Below are positions 35,507 to 44,311 of a stretch of DNA of 64,000 bases, one piece after another. The notes below the pieces were generated by a model. That model saw nothing but the letters and a program-made list of their open reading frames with translations, ran no database searches and had not been told where the DNA came from. Where the stretch lies: the IMG/VR virus record IMGVR_UViG_3300020050_012045, positions 64,001 through 128,000 of that record; one strand, 5' to 3'. Source of the DNA: a virus. Taxonomy: Duplodnaviria > Caudoviricetes. Position 1 is the stretch's first letter. The number at the start of each line of letters is the position of its first letter. The translations under genes were made by a program, and so were the position numbers.

Positions 35507-37215
35507 TCAACATTAGGTAAGCGACTACTGGCAACCCCGCCGCTCTGGCTCATCACCATCCCCGAACGAACTGACCGCCAACGAGCTGGCTTTTTCTTGC
35601 CTGTTGCTTGGTCACGTACGGCGGTCTTGATCTTCTTCTTATGGACAGCCCCGTTGGCTCCTGTCCCTACGCCCGCCAGTGGCTCAGGAAAAGACAGCTT
35701 CTTTTCTAGCGACGCCATCTTCCTGCCGTCTGGACCGTCAGTCACGTTAGCTACAGTTGCTAGGTGTTCCCAGGCTTTACCAGCGTTTGGCGACATCTTA
35801 GTGTCTGAGTAAATCTTGCCGTGGTGCTGGATTGCCCCCAAGTACAACGCCTTGCCGTAGCCATGCCCTTTATAGTCTGGGTGAACAGCAATCGATTCGA
35901 CCGAAGGGATGCCGTCATCTTGCAACGCCATATGAAGTTGTGCTATGTGGGGCTTGCGTGGGTCAGCTGAGCGTGATAGGGTGTGTGAATGAATCTGGCC
36001 CTGAGCACCTTCAAACGTGTGATGGAAGAAACCGTTGCCGATGGGCTTGGCATTGGTGTGGTCAAGGTAGTTAAACTGTTCCGCCAGATTAGCATATCCC
36101 TGGTGAGAGCCAAGCTTATTACCGTCTTCCTGGCTCATGTCGGTCTTGAACAGCTGTTCACTCTTTTTAATGGACTCTGATTCCTGGTTAGCAGCTTGCT
36201 TGATCTCGGACATCTGCTTAGCCATCGCTACCATGGCTTGAGAGATATGACGGATTGTGTCGTAAATCTCTGGAGACGCCTGCTTTAGTTCCTCGATCTT
36301 AGCCGAGTGCTCTTTAAGAAGCTTGATTCCGGCCATGATAACTTCTGTCGGGTCTTCTTGCTGTTGGGCGAGCTGACCGTGGGCGTCTGGGTGTTCAGCC
36401 TTATTTAGGCCAGCCTGGTCATCATCATCATGTTTATTCAAAGGTCGAGACTTGAACCTACCTAGATCATTAGCTAAGGTCTTTTTTTCAACAAAACTCT
36501 CTAATCCGCCAAAGGCGGTCTCCGTGTGTTTGAATGGCTTTTGTGGAGTCGTCCAATAATCCGTGTGACCACGCCCAATGATTCGGGCGTTTATTGGTGT
36601 TTTAGCGCCGCCAGTCAAGAGGTGTGCCGCTAAACGGTGATGCCCATCGGTAAGCAGGTGTCGTCCATCTTCTAGCTGATGAAGCTCTATTGGTTTACCG
36701 CTTGAAAATGAGCCCTTACCAAAAACGTTGTTATCGTGGGCTGCCATCATAGACTCTCTGCTACAGAGAATATCTTTTGGTAAAAAGCTAACTACTGGCG
36801 TCTCGTCGTGTTCAGCCTTAGCCAACGGATCTTCCTCCTCTTCTTCTGGAAGGTCCATGTCGTCATGATACAGGCTGATTTTGTCGCCGTGGTACAGCCC
36901 GTACTCGCACGCTGACTTGGCATGAGGCGCTTCCACGCCGACACCGAAGCAGAACTCCATCTGCGAGCAGGATGAGATGAACTCACACAACTGGTCCAGG
37001 TCTACCAGGTGTTCAGCTTCAACTTCAAACACACCCATGGTGCAGGCGTTAAGGATTTCCTTGCCGTGGTGGGTTTCAATCCAAGAGCTGATAGCTTTGT
37101 TAACTGAGTCTAGGGCGTAGTTCAGCTCGTACAGTTTGACCTCTTGCCCGGAATCGTAAGCTGAGTTTAGCTCGAACTCAAAGTCCTTGGTTCCCCATTG
37201 AATGTAGGTCAACAT
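35503..37215 (-). CDS. multidomain protein: degenerate mCpol-like, ParB/Srx-like and GNAT domains
   Basis: FGVG..A..A...Y...G.KISLY; PIELHQLEDGRHLLTDGHHRLAA; IAVHPDYKGHGYGKALY. Confidence 0.75.
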   Translation of the reverse strand: MLTYIQWGTKDFEFELNSAYDSGQEVKLYELNYALDSVNKAISSWIETHHGKEILNACTMGVFEVEAEHLVDLDQLCEFISSCSQMEFCFGVGVEAPHAKSACEYGLYHGDKISLYHDDMDLPEEEEEDPLAKAEHDETPVVSFLPKDILCSRESMMAAHDNNVFGKGSFSSGKPIELHQLEDGRHLLTDGHHRLAAHLLTGGAKTPINARIIGRGHTDYWTTPQKPFKHTETAFGGLESFVEKKTLANDLGRFKSRPLNKHDDDDQAGLNKAEHPDAHGQLAQQQEDPTEVIMAGIKLLKEHSAKIEELKQASPEIYDTIRHISQAMVAMAKQMSEIKQAANQESESIKKSEQLFKTDMSQEDGNKLGSHQGYANLAEQFNYLDHTNAKPIGNGFFHHTFEGAQGQIHSHTLSRSADPRKPHIAQLHMALQDDGIPSVESIAVHPDYKGHGYGKALYLGAIQHHGKIYSDTKMSPNAGKAWEHLATVANVTDGPDGRKMASLEKKLSFPEPLAGVGTGANGAVHKKKIKTAVRDQATGKKKPARWRSVRSGMVMSQSGGVASSRLPNVD

Positions 37216-37448
37216 TAGTTCAGCTCGTCAGGTGAGACATCTTCGTCAGAGTCTTCGGGGAGGTCGCCCATCTGCTCAACTACCTCTTCAAGGAGTCCAG
37301 CAAGAAATAAAGACTTCTTGTATTCGTCGTCTTCAGCTGGAGTTAGAGTGCCTTTTTCGTACAGTTCGATCGCTCGCTTCTGGTACTGATTAGACCATGC
37401 GACGCACTCGGCTTCAGAGATTACAAAACTTGCCATTGGTTTGATCAT
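37215..37448 (-). CDS. small acidic protein
   Basis: Coupled ORF. Confidence 0.6.
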   Translation of the reverse strand: MIKPMASFVISEAECVAWSNQYQKRAIELYEKGTLTPAEDDEYKKSLFLAGLLEEVVEQMGDLPEDSDEDVSPDELN

Positions 37449-37777
37449 AACAGGATATCCGCTGGGTGGTGGGTGAAGTGGAGTGGCAACTCTGACTTGA
37501 CCAAAAGCTTAAGGTTGGGAGAGCCATAGTTTGCCTGCTTACCAATAGCCGACTGGTGGGCTTCGTACATGAAGCGATGACGTGCCGATTCCTTGGGTTG
37601 TCCCATTTTTTGGAATTCAACAGCTAAATGATGGTGGTGTGCGGACGCTAGCTCGTGTTGGCGGCGCTTGTACTGCTGGTAAGCCTGGGTGTGCCCATGG
37701 GTTTGGGCGGCTAGGTCGAGATGTTGGGCATCAGCAGGATCAGAGATCGTCTGATTCCGCCACTGTGGCTTGTCCAT
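37445..37777 (-). CDS. His/Gln-rich helical protein
   Basis: GAGGAG RBS; LVKS motif. Confidence 0.65.
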   Translation of the reverse strand: MDKPQWRNQTISDPADAQHLDLAAQTHGHTQAYQQYKRRQHELASAHHHHLAVEFQKMGQPKESARHRFMYEAHQSAIGKQANYGSPNLKLLVKSELPLHFTHHPADILL

Positions 37778-38534
37778 TAACTAGCTCCTCGACCAACGTG
37801 ACCAAATCAGAGTCACCAGTCAAAGTGTACGTTTGTTTGTCTGGAGATACTTGGATTTGGTGGTCAGCCTTAAGAAGCTTCGAGGTGCAGACGCAGCCGT
37901 CAAAAGTACCCCAACGCTTGTGAAGCTGGGGAGAGCCGCAAGTTTTGCATACCTTGGACAGCTCTGACTTGTTGAACGTCTTAGATGCTGCAACCATTCC
38001 GGCAACCATTGGAAGCTTAACCTTCCGAGCCTTGCCAGTAATCTGGCCTTTGTCTGGGGGCTGTGGACCGTTCTGTTGCATCGGCGCTCGTGGAGCTGCG
38101 AACTTACCAGGAGCGTCAGTCTTCTGGAGTGATTGCAGCCAGGCGTTAGTTTTGTGTTTTACCAACAAATCCAATGACTTAGACAGCTTGCCGATGTCTG
38201 ATTGGCTGACCTTGGAGTCAACCGATGAAGTCTCCCCTAGGTTGACCAGAAGGATGGCTGTCATCTTAATGAGGTCTTGGGGCTCGGAGGTCAGGGTGTA
38301 GTCACCTGATTCAACTGACAGCTTGGATTCGGACTTGGACAGGCTGATTTGCCCCTGAATACCAGGGATTTCGCCTTGGTATTCACTGTTCTGCGCGGTC
38401 TCAAGGAACGTCAGGACGGCCTTCGGCAGCAAAGCGTTAGCTAGCTCCGGATAAGCCGTGGCCGCCTTGGACAGCACCTGAAAACCGTCAGGGCCCAGGA
38501 TGGCAAGCAGGAATGTGTTAGCCTGTTGATTCAT
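37740..38534 (-). CDS. probable internal head protein
   Basis: LSKS twice, LQKT, FNKS and LLKA motifs; CxxC..CxC; start re-called to MNQQ. Confidence 0.65.
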   Translation of the reverse strand: MNQQANTFLLAILGPDGFQVLSKAATAYPELANALLPKAVLTFLETAQNSEYQGEIPGIQGQISLSKSESKLSVESGDYTLTSEPQDLIKMTAILLVNLGETSSVDSKVSQSDIGKLSKSLDLLVKHKTNAWLQSLQKTDAPGKFAAPRAPMQQNGPQPPDKGQITGKARKVKLPMVAGMVAASKTFNKSELSKVCKTCGSPQLHKRWGTFDGCVCTSKLLKADHQIQVSPDKQTYTLTGDSDLVTLVEELVNGQATVAESDDL

Positions 38535-38541
38535 TCGTTCC

Positions 38542-38823
38542 CTAAAGATTGTTAGGTGGTTCTGGAACGATATTGCCGTCTTTGTCGACCCAGACAAGTT
38601 TGCCGTCGCGCATAGTGGGTACGGGTCGGCCTTGATCGTGATGTTGCTTTACGGCGGCTGAGGCAGCATCTTTGAAGGCTTGTTCCTCCTTGAGGAGTTC
38701 TTCAGACTTCAGGATAGGCGACTTAGGCCGGTTGAATGACGGCATGTTCTCCAGATGGTCGTCTGGAGTAAGGGTGATACGGATTACTTTACGTGGTTTG
38801 GTAGGAATCATGATTTCTCCCAT
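38542..38823 (-). CDS. small protein with ILKS motif and antitoxin-like C-terminus
   Basis: AAVKQHHDQGRPVPTMRDGKLVWV. Confidence 0.6.
   Translation of the reverse strand: MGEIMIPTKPRKVIRITLTPDDHLENMPSFNRPKSPILKSEELLKEEQAFKDAASAAVKQHHDQGRPVPTMRDGKLVWVDKDGNIVPEPPNNL
38544..38551 (-). promoter_or_regulatory. putative late promoter CAATCTTT
   Basis: 9 nt before ATG 38534. Confidence 0.6.
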
Positions 38824-41774
38824 ACTTCTGAATCATCGCCTGCTGTGTCTGGATCTAATTCCGTTCCCTTTGTTGGTGCATCAAAGTCAGACAGCTCGTT
38901 GGCCAGCATGTCTATCTCAGCCTTATCATACACCGGCCCCATGTCTGGAGCCGTTGGTTTGAAAAAGTGACCAATACCCGAGTAGCTTTGTTTTGGCACT
39001 GGAAATCCATGTTTCTCCACTAGGTATTTGTCATGCGGCTCAAAGGGGTTAGTAGTTGGTTTAGTGTTATAGTAACTCAAGGTATGCTGAATGTCTTCTT
39101 TAGGTATCGTCAAAAACGGCTGCTTGTGCTGAAAAATTAGCTCATGCTCATGTGGGTGTATGTGATCTTGTGTTTCGGACACTTTATGGACGCCAGAATG
39201 TAACAGGTCTTCCACTGGCATCCACTTTCTCATCATGACAGAAGCATTGTTTTGACCACGAACGTAACGCTCAGAAAAGCTTTTTGCGATACTCTGCTTG
39301 GTCGTCCACGAGCTAAACTGAGCATTGGGAATCTGGACGTCATCCGCTCCTTGATCCAAAGCGGTCTTGATTTTATGTCCGTATTCACCACCGACACCAC
39401 GATACACTAAAATATGGGGTTTGCCATCGATATGTTTGATTGCAGCTCTTGGATCTTTCAGAAGCGCGGATTGAACGTCCTGAGCATGGAGGGCTATGCC
39501 CTTGTGAATGCCTGGGTATACACTTGAGCGCCCCCTATCTCCTCTGAAGCCGGTCAGTGTCACATCATCGTCATTGCCATTGTGATACTTCTGAACAGTT
39601 GCAAAATGATCAGCCTTAACTGATTGTTCGTAATCATTCCAGAACTTATGGACTCTTTCCTTGATTAGAGATGGATGGGAATGTAACCTCTCTAACAGCT
39701 CTTGGTGTCTCTCTGTCTTGTGCTGATTGTAGGGATATCTATCGAGCACGTAAACAATCTGGGAGATCATCCTAGGGTTGTCGAAATGACTATTCAGATC
39801 CTGTCGGTCTGGGTCGATCGATAGCTGATTGGCGATCATGTCAGCAGGCTGAGTTCCTGACAAGGACGACACAGCTTGGGCAATTTGCTCAGAGTTGAGA
39901 CGCACCCCTAGTTCTGCATTACTTCCAATTTGAGACAAAGCAAATCCCCCAATCGCTGGATGATTGGCCAATTCATGAGCGATTACTTTTTGCTTTTGAG
40001 AGTCCTGCACCATACGATGAAGACCAAGCACTATATTTGAGTCCCACATCGGGTTTTGCTTCCACAAAGCGTGGTAGAGTTTAGCTCGATCTTGCGGTCC
40101 AACGTTTGCCTCAAGCAGTGCATGTGTCGGAATTCCGTTACCGCTAGCGACCGCCGCATCTAGCGTTCTGTGGAATTCCTCGGGGGTCACAGTGGAAGCT
40201 AGATGTGGCGGTAAAAACATAGCTCGCCCTGGAGAACTCATAGCCCACTGTTTGAACTTTTCACCCAGCCTAGGCTTCGTGCTAATATCGGGATCTTTTA
40301 GAGACTCACCATCCCCTTGCAAAAAATCCATCACGGTATTGGTGCTTAAGTGCGGCTGAGCCGTGTCAGAAGTGAAGCTGTTCTCGAAAAAGTTTACGAG
40401 ACCATCTTCAGATGCAAGCCTCATCTCATGGCCGATGTCTCTTTCCAAGTAATTAGAGATCTTCTCGAAACTTGGGAATTTTTCAGCCGCCTCAGAAAAT
40501 CTACTTAGAGAGATGTCGGCAAAAACCCGTCTCTTCAGGGGGTTGTCGCTATTAAGGACTTTGCTGATTGATGAATGAATCCCCCCTTGATTCCAGATCG
40601 CCTCAATTGGTGCTTCTTTTAGAAACTTTTTCAACTGTCCTGCCGACATCGCCTTGATCATCCCATCTGGCGGCGGTGCAGGAACGCCGTATGGATTCTT
40701 ATTATTCTTGACCTCTGAGAGATACAGATCTTGCTGCCTTTGGACGTCATCAGACAGTGGATTATGTTCATTGAGATCGATCTCGTGCTGCCTCTGCTTC
40801 TGTCTCTTCTGTTCAGCCTCATGCTCAGCAAGCTCTTGTTCGTCCATCAGAAACCAAGGCTCGTCATCTTCTGCCTTAACCAAGCTCTCATTAGGCTTGA
40901 CCCACAGCTTCAGCATCAGACCAATCGAGTTCTTGGCGTTCTTCAGGGTGTCAAACCGTCGCTTGAACGGTTCGACATCGATCCCATACTCTCTCAAGAT
41001 CTGGAAAACCCTAGTCTCGTCAATCGAGTTCAGCCAGTTCAGGAACTGAGTCTCTTGAACAGCTGATGGTTTAGCTAGATATCGTAACTTAGCCTCAGGA
41101 GGAAGGGTGTTAAAACCCTTGGGAGCGTCCGACCGCAAGTAGTACGGGATGAAGGTCTTGGTGTCGCCACCTGGATTGAAGCCATCACCCGCGAACGCCC
41201 CACCGTGGTCAATCAGTTTGACGTCTTCGGTCTCTGGGTCAATCAGAATGTTATTTGAGTGACGGTCAGTGTTCCCAAGAACGTAGTCAAGGAATGACCA
41301 TTGCCACATTTGGCCACTGTCTTGGTAGTCCTTAAAGATATCAATGACGCCCTGTTCGCCAGTTGGCTTCTTTTGTAGGAACGGAATGTTCTTGTAGCCT
41401 GTGTCGGCCAGTTCGATTGCGGCGGTCTCGTGGCCGTCCAGGAAGACAACTGTTGCTTTGGCGAACTGGTCACCATCCCCAACTAGTGACGCGATCTCAG
41501 AGAACGCCGCTTCGCGCTTGGACTTAGAGACAGGTAGGTCGTTAACCCCAGCAGCTGGTGATTGTTTCGAGACTTCTGGCTTAAGGAGCCATGCTCGTTC
41601 GTTTTCGGGATCCAGCGCAATCGCCGCCCCGTTGGAATACTTACCGGCCAAATGGATATCAAACACGAGGTGCTTAGCGTAAGCTTGCTGAATAGCCTCG
41701 GCGGTCCCCTTGTCTTTGGCGAACAATGGCTGGACGTCACGTGGAATGACGGAAGCTGAGAATTTAGCGTCCAT
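38808..41774 (-). CDS. multidomain protein: HipA/PI3-4K-like kinase, helical region and R-S-E ADP-ribosyltransferase
   Basis: LLKP, REAA, DYVLGNTDRHSNN and LIDHG; VYRG...FSSWTT...HEHELI. Confidence 0.8.
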   Translation of the reverse strand: MDAKFSASVIPRDVQPLFAKDKGTAEAIQQAYAKHLVFDIHLAGKYSNGAAIALDPENERAWLLKPEVSKQSPAAGVNDLPVSKSKREAAFSEIASLVGDGDQFAKATVVFLDGHETAAIELADTGYKNIPFLQKKPTGEQGVIDIFKDYQDSGQMWQWSFLDYVLGNTDRHSNNILIDPETEDVKLIDHGGAFAGDGFNPGGDTKTFIPYYLRSDAPKGFNTLPPEAKLRYLAKPSAVQETQFLNWLNSIDETRVFQILREYGIDVEPFKRRFDTLKNAKNSIGLMLKLWVKPNESLVKAEDDEPWFLMDEQELAEHEAEQKRQKQRQHEIDLNEHNPLSDDVQRQQDLYLSEVKNNKNPYGVPAPPPDGMIKAMSAGQLKKFLKEAPIEAIWNQGGIHSSISKVLNSDNPLKRRVFADISLSRFSEAAEKFPSFEKISNYLERDIGHEMRLASEDGLVNFFENSFTSDTAQPHLSTNTVMDFLQGDGESLKDPDISTKPRLGEKFKQWAMSSPGRAMFLPPHLASTVTPEEFHRTLDAAVASGNGIPTHALLEANVGPQDRAKLYHALWKQNPMWDSNIVLGLHRMVQDSQKQKVIAHELANHPAIGGFALSQIGSNAELGVRLNSEQIAQAVSSLSGTQPADMIANQLSIDPDRQDLNSHFDNPRMISQIVYVLDRYPYNQHKTERHQELLERLHSHPSLIKERVHKFWNDYEQSVKADHFATVQKYHNGNDDDVTLTGFRGDRGRSSVYPGIHKGIALHAQDVQSALLKDPRAAIKHIDGKPHILVYRGVGGEYGHKIKTALDQGADDVQIPNAQFSSWTTKQSIAKSFSERYVRGQNNASVMMRKWMPVEDLLHSGVHKVSETQDHIHPHEHELIFQHKQPFLTIPKEDIQHTLSYYNTKPTTNPFEPHDKYLVEKHGFPVPKQSYSGIGHFFKPTAPDMGPVYDKAEIDMLANELSDFDAPTKGTELDPDTAGDDSEVWEKS

Positions 41775-44311
41775 CAGAACATCCTCCGAAGTTGCTCAAT
41801 GTCATTAACCGTCTGTTGTGTCCGTGGTAGTCCATATGCAAAAATAGCCGCCCACACCGGATTGTCATCGTACCGCCACAGTGCTTCTCTGTAAAGGTCT
41901 TCATCAAACTGAGCGTGAGGCGCTAGGGTCTTAGCTGCACGGAACTCTGGCAAGGAGGAGAAATCCCCCATTGCGATCTTAACCGGGGTGTGGAACCTGT
42001 TCAGAATGTGCTGATAGTCTTGAGTGTACTGTTGCTGGTCGAATTTGTGAAGGTTATTGAGTTCGACCCAGTTCATGATCTCGGACTTTCCAAGATAGTT
42101 CTCTTGGGTTGGCACGCCTAGATACTTTTCATTATTCTGGGTCTGAGCAGACTCTGGACCATAACCACCCTTAACTGGGGTGTACCCCATTTTAGGGGGA
42201 GCGTCACCGTAAGTGTTCTGGTGGTGGTGAGTTAATGGTTCATTGGGATCTAGACCAGATAAATCAGGGTTTTTGTGCTTAGCTTCGGCAGTGAACATGA
42301 CGACTTTAAGCGGCTGGTGGTCAGTGACCTGCCCTGAGTCACGAAGATGTTGGTGGAACGCTTCGTGGAGCACAGTAGTTGGGGCCTTACCTTGCCACAA
42401 AATCTTTTTAATTTTGTCCCACTTTACCCCTTGGACGTGGCCGTTTGTCTGGGAGTAGTCGGACTGAAGCTCGTCAATGTGAGGGATGCCGTCGTCACCC
42501 TTAGTGTATCTGACCCAACCTATGCCGTCATCAGCCGCAACTGGGTGAACGCCAGACTTAACGATCTTGTCGTGTAAGTCTTTGTATTCGTGATAGACGC
42601 CTTCGGCAAGCATTTGGCGCTTTTGACCTGGCGTCATGTGAAGCCTGAAGACGTCCTGGTTGGGGTGCCCATCTTCGTCTTCTAGGTGGTCGTCATGTCT
42701 CTGGTGGGGTCCGTCATAGTATCCGTGAGAGTATTTGTACTGAAGCTTAGGGAGTGAATCGATTCTCTGGCTTAGCTTAGTGACGTCAGTGTTTCCCTTG
42801 CCATCGAACACGTGAGCGTGACCTTGGGTCCGAAGGTCGATTCCCAGATCCTTAAGCTGTTTCTCGTTGATTACCCCGTTGTTTTGTTTGGCATGCATTC
42901 TAGCCAAACGAAGACGATTGGACCCAATAGTGACACCAATGTGTGAACCGGAATTATCGACGTTTCTTAATCCGTTGATGATTGGATGGAAACCAACTGG
43001 GTACATCGCCTTAAGTTTTTCAAATTGTTGATCGTTAGCGACAGGCAGTAGTCGCTCTAGGAGTTTACCTCCGTCGCGATTATAGTAGTCAGGTGGAGAT
43101 TTCATGGTTGACATATAGTTCTCTATATGTCGCTCATCGATTGGCAGATGTAGAAGATCGTCAGGCTCCCTATCTCCCGTAAACAGCTTTAGTGAATGCT
43201 CTTTATCAAACTTCGGGTGGTCAGTCAGCCGGAAAGTATGGGTTGGATTCTCGTCCATCAGGCGATGGATATCTTGGGACTCAAGATGAGGCGACTGGGT
43301 AATCTGCCTCAGAATTTCTTCCTGTGCAAACTGATGAGTGGACAGAACCGGATCGTTACGCAACCGATCGTACACTTCCATGGTTTTGTTACGCGAAATT
43401 CTTCCCGCCGCTTGAGCCGCAACCCAGTCGTTACGTTGGGTCAGTTTATCCAAGTGTTGAGGCGTAGCATGTTTAGCGGCAGCTAGGAGCCCAGGGTGCT
43501 TGTCGACCATGTAGTCTTGGGACTCGGGCGACCACTTGACGTTTCTTGAAATCTCACCATTTAATTCTTCCAAAGCGTACGGTGTGGCATTTTGGGCAAA
43601 GAACTGCTTTTGCGCCTCTGGCGAGAAAACGTGCTCAAGACCAGGCGAACTTAAGTCGTTAAAAGCTAACCTAAGCTTCCTTGGTGGTGCAGCGGGATTC
43701 AACGCCGCTTGCTTGACCATGTCGCCAACAACTCGATGCACAACCTCTGGATGTTTCTCTGCAAACTCAGCTCTGCCTTCTGAGGTGAGGTTTTGGTTAA
43801 CAAACAAGTCGTAAGCGTTCTCTGGGGTTAGCTTGTGGGCGGCTTCTATCGGAGCACGCCCTTGGCCTGTCTTGACCAACTTACCGTACAGGTCGTTCAT
43901 GACCTCCGGGTCTTGAGCAAATGGATGCTCGAATACCTTGGTCACATTGATGGAATTTCGATCAGTTGAACTATTCACGATGTGATCAAACTGATCTTTT
44001 GACAGAGCGGGGTTATCAAGGGCGTCCGAGCTGAGGTTGAAGTAGTTTCGAGGGAAGTTATTTATGACAGCCTTGATCAAATGAGCATAAGCGGGGTTCT
44101 TGATTAGCTGTGACCTAGCGGTCTTAAACAGCTGCTGCTGATCACTGGACCGATAGTTAGGGTCTATCAGAGCATGAGCTAGCGAGTCGCTAATCTTGTG
44201 CGTCTTGATTTTTTCGGCGATTTTACGGGCTTTAGGTGATGGCCAGTCGTTCTCGTTTTGTTCAATGAGATACGCCTCTTCCTCAGGTGTCAGGCTCGGA
44301 ATGTCACTCAT
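41774..44311 (-). CDS. multidomain protein: helical repeats plus a GWVRY...IDELQSD polyvalent-type domain
   Basis: NPALS/HP helical repeats; IGWVRYT...HIDELQSD; LGKS boundary. Confidence 0.65.
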   Translation of the reverse strand: MSDIPSLTPEEEAYLIEQNENDWPSPKARKIAEKIKTHKISDSLAHALIDPNYRSSDQQQLFKTARSQLIKNPAYAHLIKAVINNFPRNYFNLSSDALDNPALSKDQFDHIVNSSTDRNSINVTKVFEHPFAQDPEVMNDLYGKLVKTGQGRAPIEAAHKLTPENAYDLFVNQNLTSEGRAEFAEKHPEVVHRVVGDMVKQAALNPAAPPRKLRLAFNDLSSPGLEHVFSPEAQKQFFAQNATPYALEELNGEISRNVKWSPESQDYMVDKHPGLLAAAKHATPQHLDKLTQRNDWVAAQAAGRISRNKTMEVYDRLRNDPVLSTHQFAQEEILRQITQSPHLESQDIHRLMDENPTHTFRLTDHPKFDKEHSLKLFTGDREPDDLLHLPIDERHIENYMSTMKSPPDYYNRDGGKLLERLLPVANDQQFEKLKAMYPVGFHPIINGLRNVDNSGSHIGVTIGSNRLRLARMHAKQNNGVINEKQLKDLGIDLRTQGHAHVFDGKGNTDVTKLSQRIDSLPKLQYKYSHGYYDGPHQRHDDHLEDEDGHPNQDVFRLHMTPGQKRQMLAEGVYHEYKDLHDKIVKSGVHPVAADDGIGWVRYTKGDDGIPHIDELQSDYSQTNGHVQGVKWDKIKKILWQGKAPTTVLHEAFHQHLRDSGQVTDHQPLKVVMFTAEAKHKNPDLSGLDPNEPLTHHHQNTYGDAPPKMGYTPVKGGYGPESAQTQNNEKYLGVPTQENYLGKSEIMNWVELNNLHKFDQQQYTQDYQHILNRFHTPVKIAMGDFSSLPEFRAAKTLAPHAQFDEDLYREALWRYDDNPVWAAIFAYGLPRTQQTVNDIEQLRRMF

